From Oculina patagonica (taxonomy: Eukaryota), in assembly GCF_052425735.1 (NCBI RefSeq), contig NC_135764.1, positions 10,664,001 to 10,728,000 on the forward strand: 64,000 nucleotides of DNA. Direction: 5' to 3'. This document shows positions 12,601-24,900 of the stretch, piece after piece. The first letter of the stretch is position 1. Each line of letters begins with the position of its first letter. The translations under genes and the position numbers were made by a program. Below the pieces are notes generated by a model. It was not told where the DNA came from and made no database searches. It worked only from the letters and a program-made list of their open reading frames with translations.

Positions 12601-12876
12601 CTGACTGAATTGATAGCTACTTATGCACAGATCTGTTGAATACTTCACGTTATATCGACAGCTGCTAATCTGTGTCACTTTTACCGCAACGTCGCTCTGG
12701 GACACGTGAGGAATTTCTCACACAGGGAGATTTTCTCGCTAAGCTCTTCGCAAATAACTGAACCACGGTAAATCTGCAATTAGGGAAGCACGATTCCAAA
12801 ATATCTGCTGTTCTTGGGCAAAACTGTATTGCTGGAGTTGTGGATGATTTTGTAAAGAAAAACGACCACAAAGGCG

Positions 12877-12949
12877 ATGAAGACACCATCTGTCTTCGTC
12901 GGGACACTGCTGTTGATTTTTATCAACCTCCAGATCACCGCATCACAGC
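12877..12949 (+). CDS. Gene B first coding exon: signal peptide MKTPSVFVGTLLLIFINLQITASQ (not in ORF track)
   Basis: ATG with purine at -3; in-frame TAA at 12853; basic n-region, hydrophobic core and small-residue c-region; consensus phase-1 donor C|gtaagt. Confidence 0.78.
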
Positions 12950-15900
12950 GTAAGTGACCCTTTGTTTATCGCTGGCACAAGTATTTCTGTCTGAGTAGTT
13001 TATCAATATAATGGCGTAAATTACACACGCGCAAATGTCACTGGCTTTAGAAAACTTTATTCTGTCCTCGTAGATCTAAGCGTCGCATAAAATAAGCTAA
13101 AATATAATCAATACTTCGAGAAACCCGCCATGTTACATCTGGCTGTCAATTAGTGCAGCGGCTTTGTCTATCATTTCTAAAACGGGATTTAAATATGGCG
13201 GCTGTCGCTGTACCCTAGTCACAGAGGTTTTCTTTCCTTTCTTTTCATCACAAACGAATTTCAGCCGCGAAATGGCAAGAACCCACGGTTCGGCGAATTC
13301 TCCTTTCAGTTTAAGAAAATATCTGTGACCGTCGTGTTTCCGCTCTGTCGTGGCTTTCAAATTATAGGACTTTAAAAATAGTAGTGGTGCGTTTAAGAGA
13401 AGACTGAATCCGTGCTTTGAGAGAGATGAAAGAAAGATTTTTTTAATGAACTCGCCTGAGAAAACGGGACCTCACATGCATATTCTTAATTATTGTATGG
13501 CACGATCAGCGGCGTGTATTTACAGTATAAAATACGTAATCCAAAACACCAATGTCACTTTGGACTATGGGAAATGTAATTTCCACAAAGCATAAAACGT
13601 GTCCTGTTCATTAATTGTTGTCGCTGCATTTCTGATGCGTGAAAATCGATGCGTGAAAATCGATCGTGCTCTGCAGTAAATAATTAATTAACATAAATTA
13701 AACAGTCACGCTAGTTTTGGCCCGATTTTAGCAGTTCTGTAAAATACAAATAATTTTTCTTTTAATCGAACAGAACCTACAAAAACAGAAACGATTGAAA
13801 AACGTATACCACATGAAAAAACTGATAAGCCACATGGATGGCCGAAGTTATACAAAATTGTCGAAAGAGATTCGTCATCCACAGTTCGGCCAGTTTAATT
13901 TCGTGTGCGAACCACAGTAAACTGATCGTAAACAAGAATATCCGATTAAAATCTTAGTTTAATATTTTAAGATTCATTAAGCAGTTTTCATTTTCACTCT
14001 AAATTTAGCAACATTGAAAAGCGTTGTATTTTAAGACGTCACCACTTCAACACAAATGCGGTCACGCAATGTTGTGTGACGCGAGGTCATCCCAGCATGG
14101 GATTGAGAGTTGATATCAAGAGTTCTCAAATAAAACTTCTCTGGCATGGAAATTATGATTTTATAGCTTCGGGAAGGCTAAATGTAACTTTTTGTTATTT
14201 TTAATATTCTCTTGAACAGTCATTTCTCCTCTACGAAAAAAGGTCAAGGAGTTAATTAACCGGGTGGCCTGGTTCGAGCCCAGTTCTAAATGCTCGTGTT
14301 TGTTTTTGTAGTTGTTTGTTTGTTTTTTGTTTTGTCTTGTTTTGCTCTGTCTTGTTTTGGGCGGCCTTGGTTGACAAGTTGATCTGGAATATTAAAAATT
14401 AAAATATATTATCATTATCATTGTTATTGTCGTTGTTATTGTTATTTTAAAGCTGATTTCCAGTCCGTACTGCGCAGACTCGGGGTTTGTTTTCGTTTTT
14501 GTTTTGAATTCGTTGAAACGTTACACTTCGGTGACAGCATACATGAAGTTTTTTAGTCCGCCATTACAGTTCGTTTCGTTCAAGGATTTCCGATGAGCTA
14601 AAACGTCGGTTTGAAATAGCGTCAAGGTTCTTCTACTCGTTATTATTTGTTCTGCAAGAATATCTGGCGTTAATAATGAAGAAAAACGTAAGTTTGTCGT
14701 GGAATTTTTAGTTTTGCTTGTAAACATTCCTTCGTGGTGGGCTCGCATAAACATTGCAGCCGAGATTGCGCAGTACGGACTGGAATTCATCTTTAAGCTA
14801 TAAATTATACGGTGAAACTATGAATATATGAAATCATATATTTGAACTGCGGATGAAGAATAAATGAAGAGTTGATCTTCGCAGTCATGAACAGTTCTGT
14901 TCATAACAGCGAAGATCATCTTTTCATTTAAATTATACGGTGTTACATTTTTCCGACAGGTATTTTTTTGCGGGATGGCAGATGCCCAGCAGTTCAAAGG
15001 CGAACTGACTGTCCTACGTACGTGTGGGATGAGTGCACGTGCGACACTGATTGCGCTGGGAAGAAAAAGTGTTGTCTTGATGGATGCAGGCACGCATGTC
15101 TTGACCCAGGTAAATTACTGATGCTTTAAGCTTGGTTGTGCTCTGTGATACTCCCAAACATGTATTCATCAAGCATCTATTGGCCGTTCCGAGGATGCGC
15201 AGGGAACTGGGGCGAGTTTCGAATTTCAAGTAATCGATAATCTGACACCACCATATGAAAGATCGCGATGAGATTGGTGATTTGACTAAGTTTGATGCTT
15301 TCAGGATGCACAGAAACGAAGTTATGGACCTTGAAACATGGTTAAAAATCCATACAAACGTCTCTAATTGTAAGCCAGCGTCCCCCAAAACCATATAAAC
15401 TCTTAAAATTTTTATCTGTTTTGTGACAGCTGTAAAATCCTGCCAAAGACCCATTATTTGAAAGAAACTAAGTTGAAAATCACTATGTTTGCCCATAAGA
15501 TAAGATAAAAGATAAGAAACTTTATTTAAGTGTCAAAGCCATAGCCTGGAAAATAAAACCATACTAAGGGGACAAAACTAAAAGCACACAACTAATTAAA
15601 TACAATAAAAATATATATAGTTATAAAAATGTTATAATAATCTATGGTGTAGAGAGTATCACAAAAATCATAAAAAATTTTAAAAGAGTTTATATGGTTT
15701 TGGGGGACGCTGTCTCAAAATAAGAGACGTTTGTATGGAATTTTAACTATGTTTCAAGACCCATAACTTCATCTCTGTTCATCCCAAAAGCGTCTAACTT
15801 GGTCAAATGACCAATCTCACCGGGTTCTTTTATGTGGTGTGTCAGATTATCGATTACTTGAAATTTGAAACTCGCCCCAGTTTCCTGCGCAACCTCGGAA

Positions 15901-18900
15901 CGGCCAATTCTCCAACAAGCCCAAATTCTTCTCGTGAAAACCCATGAGTCTTCTCATCTCTCTTGTCTGCCTTGATGGCTTAGGAATGTTAACATTAACA
16001 TCCGAATTAAAGCCCTTATTAGCTTCCCTGAGCACTATTCCTACACAACAATAAGTTAAGAAAAGTGTGTATGGGCCTCAGGAATTTTAAGCAGATAATA
16101 TGATGCATTTTGATTGCCATTTACTACCTTTTTACCTTGTTGGAGACGCGGTGGCCTAATGATTAGCGCTCTGTACCTGTATTCCGGATCGAGCAATCCG
16201 GGTTTGAGCCCTGGCATGGGTCATTATGTTTTTGTTTTGGGGCAAGACCCAGTACTCTCATACTTCTTTTCGTCACCAAGATGTATAAATGGGTACCGGC
16301 GAACTTATGCTGGAGGGTGCGATGGACTAGGAGCGGGTAGAAATACCCATCAGGGGTACTAGGTGTAGAAATACTCCTAGGCTCCGGCGGAGTGGGCCAC
16401 TTCGCCTTATCTAACTTCCTTTGCATGGCTACTCTCTTAACTGTGTTGCTTTTCTGTGTTTTTGCCTTCCTCTCTTTTAAGACACGGGGACGCCCTCTGT
16501 CAGAAACAAAGCTGATGTGGTGTTCATAATGGACTCGTCTGGAAGCATCGGGCCGGAGGATTACAACCGCGAAAAGCAATTCGTCAAAGATCTCACGAAT
16601 GTGTTCACAATCTCCCCGACTGCGGCACGAGTCAGCACGATCATATACAGCGACGACCCGAAACTCATGTTCGACTTCGACACTTACAGTGACAAACAAA
16701 GCATTAACACTGCCATTGACAACCTAGAGTATTTAGGCAACAGGACACGAATCGACAAAGCATTGGCACTAGCGCTGGAGGTCTTCTCCAAATCCCGTCC
16801 GTCTGTACCCAGAATCGCCTTTGTCCTCACCGACGGAAAGCAGACAGAAGACTTCGACGCAAAACCGCTGGACGTAGCAGTCCGACCATTGCACGACCTG
16901 GGAGTTCAAGTTTACGTCATCGGGATAGGCATTTATATCGACATCAATGAGTTGTATCTTCTTACCAGGCGACGGCAGGATGTGTTCTTTGTGGACTCCT
17001 TTGAGAAGCTTTTGCAACAAACGTACCGCATTGTTAACCAAATTGATACGTACGGTGAGTTTGAGTGACTGAAGTGTTCTATTTAAGATTCTAGCCATCA
17101 TTATTTATCGTGTTCAACCCCAGGGAGGAAGGGGCACTCAAGAAAGATATACGGGAAGGCCCAGACAGAAAAAGGAATCCTTTCATGTATTTCCGAAGAA
17201 GATAGTAACCCTCAAACATACCTACGAAAGCAACGTTCTTAACGTTCACAATATTTTGAAAGTCTCTATGAGATACATAAATGGAATTTCTCCCCGCCCT
17301 TTTATATACATCACTCCCGGGATGAACCTTTAAGGGATGAAAATGGTTGAGATGGAGGATGAGGAAGGAAAGGGGAAACAACAAAGTGAGACAGGAAGAG
17401 AGGGACAAGAAAAAAGGAACACAATCAAAACACTGTCAGGAAAAGAAGAAAGGGCGCACGCAGGCAAGAGAACAACGCTATGCAGGCACCGAGTTGGATT
17501 ACCGAAAAAGTAGTATTCGCTGCGAATCCAAAGCAAGGTGAGAAGACGACAACCTCCACCAATCAACGAAGAACCTGATAGACGAATGGCGTGACAGTCG
17601 TTGAGGGGCGCACTCTGACGAACACGGACTACATCACACTGTGTGACCGATGACAGACAAGGGAGACGAGGGAAAATATATAGAAAGACCGGAAGGGAAA
17701 GAAAGTTATTCATTAGCGGGAGATTCCAGTTATCGAGGATTCCAGTTATCGAGGGTAAAATTACAGTAAATGTATAACGGAAATCCAGGGGAAATCGATT
17801 TTGGTTCAGTAGTCTGCTGTTTATAGACTGTTTACATCCTCTTTATTTTTAAACGCAAAAGAACGCGCGAGAGAGAACACAGCGAGCGAAGCAAGCGCGA
17901 TTGCAAAGCATAAGAGGGTGGGGCGGGGACCAAGCGTGCGCTGGCGTCCAGTTCTCTCGCCGCCGCTCTTTCCCCGGCGTTTAACGATCGAAGTAAAATT
18001 AAAAAAAAATAGAGGGCTGAGAAAAGTCTGGCTTGTTAAAGCAAGAAGGGACGCCGCCTTAAAATCTTTCCTCCACTTTTCGTCCATAGAAAAATGTTTG
18101 AAACGACCGTTCCATCAAAAAAAATATGCGAATATAAAACGGAAATTAATTGCAAAAGTTGAAATTCTCTCGAGCTTCCTTGAAGTTGAAATAAATCCGT
18201 TTTTCTCTGGGACTTAGTTCAACGCGGAAATTCTATTAAATTTAATCCATCCACGTATTTTCATTGATGCCATTGAGAATTTAGCCTTTAATCGAGATTT
18301 AAGCCGCGTCATTTTCGTTACTTGCGCCTTTGCTTTGAATTAAAAAAATAGAGAAGAGTACGAATGAAAACGTTAATTTCAATTTCAATTGAAAAACATC
18401 GTCTCGATACAAATTCCTCTATTTTGATCTTTGACGAGTACAATAACTTTACCCAGTCTCTATTCTCTTACCACAGATGCAATACCACCGCTGGAAATCG
18501 CAGCCGACATGTTGTTCCTGCTCGATTCTTCCTCAGCTATACCCCGAGAAAATTATGGAAAAGAACTAAGTTTCCTAAAAAAAGTCGTCGGGTTATTCAA
18601 CATATCTCCTCGCTACGTCCGAGCCGGCATAATTCCTTACGGAAACACCGCTGAGCTGTCTATACCACTTGGTAGAGATACAACAAACGAGGCAATCAAT
18701 CGGTCAATTGACTCACTTCCTTACATTGGCGGCAACAAGAGAATCGATCGTGCGCTAATGCTAGCTAACCAGACGTTTTCTCAAGCACGACCATTAGTCC
18801 CTAAGATTTTAGTCATTCACACTCACGGAGGACAGCTGACAGATCCTGGGACCGACTTAAGGCCTCCTATCCAGGCTCTTCGCGCTCAAGGTGTCAGCGT

Positions 18901-21900
18901 ATTCGTAATTCCAATTGGAGAGGGTGTGGATTATTCAAGGCTAAATCAGATTGACGGAAGGAACGATATCATTGCAGACAAGTCTCACGAGTCACTGGAG
19001 CCGTACCTTCCGCCTGCAGCTAGTTATATAAGAGTGAAATCAGGTGAGGTCGATATGGCAGTTATTTACTGAACAGTCAGTAAATAACATCAAAACTTAT
19101 CTCTAGGGATAAACTTAATATGAGCATTAACATAGCTGCTTTTCTTAATTTAGAGACCAAAAGGATGAAAGCTGTTGAGATCGATAAATTAAGATCAGAA
19201 CAGAACATGACGTTATGCACTTTGTATTTATTTACCCCACTGCTTTTCTTCAAAAAATGGAATTACTTTTATGGTCGCTATTTTTGGAGGGTCGTTACTT
19301 TCGGAAGGTTGCAGCTGAACCGTAAGACCCGTGCCCTGCATCTTCACTGTTACGATCAGAAGGGGACTTTAAATAACCCACCACTTATCGCAAAGTGTGA
19401 GCCATGAAGTTCCCGGTGTTGTGGTCTGATCTCGCCTATTGTACTGTCAAGTGTGGGGTGGGAAATTCTCGGAGATATTAGCTAAGGGCGCTTTCCATTA
19501 GACAAAAGTGGCTGGCCGGCTGGCCGGTGAATCTGAATGGAATATAGGCTCACAACAACAGTGAAATATTTATATATTGACTGATTTCACAGGACAAGTC
19601 TGACTAGCAACGGAATTCAGTTCTCGAAAGTAGCTGACCAACCGGTCAGTTCTGACTAATAGAAAGCGCCCAAATAAAGTGTTCATATCATATCATTCAT
19701 ATACAAAACAATCGTTAAAATAGATTGCTACTCTGGGGATTCGTTACCTCGGCTGAACTTTACGGTGAGTCGCTTTTTCATGTCTAAAGGTTACCATTTT
19801 GTTTTAATTTGACAGACTTTTCAACTCCTTTGAGTAAAGACGCTGCCGTTGTCTTCCTGATAGACTCCTCTGAGGAAGTAGAGTCGAACGACTTCAAGAG
19901 ACAGAGAGAGTTTGTGGTATCCTTAGCAAAAGCCTTTAAGATTTCTGAAAATGGAGTTCGCGGAAGTGTTATTACATACGGCAAATACGCCCGGCCAAGT
20001 GCGCAATTCAAAGACTCTACAAATTTTGATGAATTTCTGGAAGCAACAGTAAGAACCAGCCGAATAAAAGGACCAAGGAGGATGGACACGGCGTTGCAAA
20101 TGGCTGTCCGCATGTTCAGAGATCACGAAAAACCTGCACCAAGAGCAGTCATATTATTCACGTCAGGGCCACAAAAAACCGATCTTGACCAACTAGAAGA
20201 AGCTAGGAAAAAGCTCGAAAAATTGGGCGCGCGAATCTACGTCATTGCCATTGGCCCTTCAGTTGTCTACCTTGACGTTGCGAGACTGGTGAACAGTTCT
20301 AGCGATGTCATACAGGTTCCTTCGTTTATCGATTTACAGTCTGAGATTCATGCAGTTGGGAGGCACGTGAGCCTAAGACAAGGTAAGCAACGTAGATTAG
20401 TCTATGTTATGGACATGTTAAACGAGGCAATTTCCTTCGCGACATTCTCGTCACCAGAGCCGCTCGTCCCTCTCAGCCGGCAAAGCCTGGGGCACGGGGG
20501 AACAAGTTCCTCTGGGGCCACATGATTTGTTTGGCTAGGTCTTTAACAAAGGACATTTAAATTTAGCAAATCAAATCAACCGTTCCAAAATCCTTTTGTT
20601 GTGAGTGATTTTACTACGGTTGATTTGATTGGCTAGATTTAAATTCTAATTGTTAAAAATCTATCAAAAATGAAACCATGTGTCCCCATAGCCACTTGTT
20701 CCTTGAGCCCCAGACTCATCCGGCCAAAAGGGACAAGCTGGTCTGGGGACAAGAATGGACATGAAACGAAACAAACACTGCATTGACATTTGCAAAAAAA
20801 ATTCACGTGTAACACTTCATGTTTGCAACCTGCAATGCAACATTTCGTGTTGGAAATTGCAAGACAAGTAGAACTATTCAGGACAAGTTACTGCCTGTTA
20901 CACCTGTCCTGTTGGCCTTAATTTTTGTTCTTTTTTCACTAGGTCACCTTAATTAGTGACTGCATGAGTTGTAATATCAGCAACATTGACCGTTTTTTAT
21001 TTACGCTTTGCGAAATATGGGTATTTTTTGTTGCTGACACTGAATTACTCCTAATTTCTATATTTTGACGGTAGCGATTCCCAATAAAAGAGCCAGCGTC
21101 ATTAAACAACTAAATAGATAATTACACTATCGCCAAGCATGTATAGCTTTTGAGATCACCAGCAAAATGAATGAGTTTTTCCCAAACTCACAGTAGCGTT
21201 TTGATGACAGCATAATAGTCTATATAGTCTATATTGCTTTTTTGGTAGTTTTGCATGCTTTACAATTTTTATTGTGTAGGATTTGCAAAATAGCAAACAC
21301 GAAGAAGGCTTCGCCCGACACCCAGTCTCCAGTTTGTTCTCTAATCTGTATCAAAATGTTAGATTTCTACAACATCGTCTTTATATACTTTTTTTTTGTT
21401 TTTTTTATTTAACCCTCAGGAGATACAGCGACCCTTTTTATAGCCGATGTTGTGTTCCTAATGGATTCGTCCGTGGGTGTTGGCAGTGCAAACTACAGAA
21501 GGCAGAAGGATTTCGTCAAAGCTGTCGCACGGGCCTTGAACTTCGGAGAGCGAGCCACCAGGGCCTCACTAGTAGTCTACAGCAGTAACCCGAGGCTGAT
21601 AACCAGATTCGACAGCCACACGACCCTGAGGCAGTTCGAAGCCGCCGTGGACAGGGCGTCTTATTTACGCGGCACGCGGCGTATCGACAAAGCACTGGCA
21701 TACGCAGCTCGAATGTTTACCGCAGCAAGATCGGGTGTTCCTAAAGTTATGGTGCTCATTACATCCGGGAGACGAGATTCCGTCAATCCTCTTGACGTTG
21801 CTAGTATACCGCTAAAGAATATTGGCGCGAAGTCATTCATCGTCGCCATTGGTTCTTTACCAGACATAAGAGCCTTGCGGTTGATTGTCAGCGGGAATAA

Positions 21901-24900
21901 AGACATCTTTAGAGTGCCGTCTTTCCTCAGTCTTTCTCAAATAGAAAAATCGTTTCCGCAGTACATAATCTCTTCATTTGGTAAGTGAGAAAGGTAATTT
22001 AACTAAATTTAATTTAATTTTGAATTTAAAGGATCAAAGATCGGGGCAATATGAAATTGCTTTGCCATTTAGAATTGTTATGTTGTGGCCGTTTAATTCT
22101 CTACCGATCAAAACCTAGTTTCCCCAGGGTCAGACAGGCAGGTTACGGCAAAACAGAAAAGGGGATATTGTCTCAATGTATCAACAAATTCTTTAAACTT
22201 AAAGTGAAAGAAATTAATGTTTTCCTTCGAGAAGAATTAAAACTTTGAGCGCGAGTAAACACATGGTCAGTTTTTTATAAAACACAAGGATCGAGGAAAC
22301 TGTTGAACGTATAATAACTCAGTCATGAGCTAAATGGGTTTTCATATTTGTTTCATAGACTCCACCGTACCCACTACAAAGCCAACGCCGACTACAGGTA
22401 TAACGCCCTCTACAGGTACAGAGTCCCCTACAGGTACCGCGTCCCCTGTAAGGACAACAAACGTAAACGCAGACATCATTTTCCTGATGGATTCATCTCA
22501 AACTGTCACACCAGAAGCTTATCGGAAGGAGAAATCTTTCATCAAGGAAATGGCTAGACACTTAAACGTGTCCCCTGGCCAATCACGCGCTGCCCTGATC
22601 ACTTACGGTTCCACGGCTTCAACAGTCGATACTTTTGGAAATACGCGATTTGATGAGTCGGTTGACCGGGCTCGATCCATGTCTGGTGCTCGAAGAATAG
22701 ACCAAGCCCTGCTAGAGGCAGTACAACTGCTTTCCTCTGCTCGACCATCTGTTCCTAAACTGGTGGTACTGTTAACGGCGGGAAACCAGCAGTCAGGCGC
22801 ACAGTCTCCAGAGTATGCTGCCAGACGGATCCAGTCTCGTGGCGGGAAATCTTTTGTTGTTATGGTTGGCCGTGAGCCCGATGAAAATGAGTTTTATAAA
22901 ATAGTAGAGAAACCTTCAGATGCGTTCAGAGTTCCTTCATTTGATGGGATCCAACCATATGCTGCTCCGTTGTCAAAAGGAATTGAGGAAAGCCTAAAGG
23001 AAGGTTAGTTAGGGGAGAAATGAACCAGACTATGCTTTCATAACGTAACTGAGAACTTCGTGGTGAAAAGGCTTATTTTGTAATGTTTATTTATAGTTGA
23101 AGTTAAGTTGTATTTAACGCACGCTGTCAATGGTTGTTTTTTGGTTACGTTGCCATGACCATGTATCCTGCAGTGGGAACCATTCAGCTTGGGTGGGTCT
23201 AATACTTGTCCTTTTTATTTGTAAATTTGTTGCTATATATCTAAGCACTTTATCACTGGTTCATTTTGAATATAGTTAGTTTTGTATTTAGGTCTCCGGA
23301 GTCTTCCTCTACCATATTTCAGTTAATATCATGCCATAACCACTTACTGGGGAGTATCCGCTTCAACTCAAAGTGTTCTCTTCATTATGTTAAATGATAT
23401 TCAAAGCTTTCTTGATCGCAAACCAAAAAAATTAAGAGGACACTTTTCCAATCAGAAAATAATGGGTGATGACCAAAGCCACTTAGAATACCGCGTTTAT
23501 TACTTCGAGTAAAGGAACAACATCCACAAGGAGGACAATTAGGTGCAATTCCTAAGGCAAAACGTTCCACTATACTTAAAATATAGGGATGTACCATGTC
23601 GCCAACAGGTTGTTGTATTACTCTTATTGCAGGCCCTGAAGCCTCAGACATCATTGCGGATGTAGTATTTGTAATGGATTCTTCTTTCACCGTGCCTCGC
23701 GACGACTACAGGAAGGAGAAGGAGTTTGTCAAGTATCTCGCCAGATATCTCAACGTTTCACCGGGGAATTCTCGCGCAGCGCTTATTACCTACGGCAACA
23801 GGGCGGCTGAGGTGGTAGGCTTCGACATCAAACGGTCTGTGTCAGACTTCGAGACTGCTGTAGACAAAGCTCCATTTGTTAGCGGTGACAGACGCATCGA
23901 TCGATCTCTTGACAAGACCTCTCAAATAATGGCCAACGCCAGGCAATCGGCGACGAAGATAGTCGTGTTGTTGACCTCCGGAAAACAAGCCTCGGCGTTC
24001 GGCAGCAAGACTCCTGGTGAAGCGGCAATTCCTCTTCGAGAAGGCGAAGTTTACAGCTATGTTGTAGCAATAGGTCAAGAACCTGACATCTCGGAACTTC
24101 GTCCTGTGGTGCAAGAATCATCGCATATTTTCAGAATGGCTACGTTTGGTGATTTAGAGCCTCGCCGGACGACGGTTGGTCAGATCATTGTCGAAACATC
24201 GAGTAAGTTCTGTCAGTATATTTCTGCGCTGGTTTTCAATGGCCATAAACAAAAGCATAAGGAATGTACAAGCATAAGCATGATCACGAGCATAAGAATA
24301 AGCATAAGCATGCATACCCTGGGTGCCAGAGGGTTTTTACATTTTGTAGGAAAAACAAATAGTTCATTATATAAACATCAGTGAAATACCAGGAAATCTT
24401 TCGCACGAAAAAATCATATCTTCACACGTGAAAATAACATGTTTTATTTTTTTCCAAGAGGGCACGGTAACGAATCCTGCAATCTGATTGGTTATTAGCG
24501 CGGGCAAGATTCTCCTATCTCTGCCCACGGGCCACGGTAACGCTTTCGTGAGTTTCATTTCGCGGCGAGACGAACGAACCCATGACAGTTTTGCTCTCCA
24601 AAATGATTTAAATCGATGTAGTTGCTCACCAACCGTTGTAAATGTGAAAGGGAAAATTAGCAGTGGAATTAAAGGCCTTGAAGTTTTCCAAAAGGCGAGT
24701 ATTTATTCTCTTTAGTGACAAAATGAAGTTATAGTTTTATGGCCGTGGTTTGCCGATCGTTGTTTGTGCATTCGCACTGATTTTCACGCCATTGCGGTTA
24801 ACTGCAAGTCGCCGGTTTACAGACTCGATTTATCCTTTCAAACACCTTGCTTCTCTGCTACTTTTCTCCAAAACCGAATACTGCTTATCGCCATTCAAGA

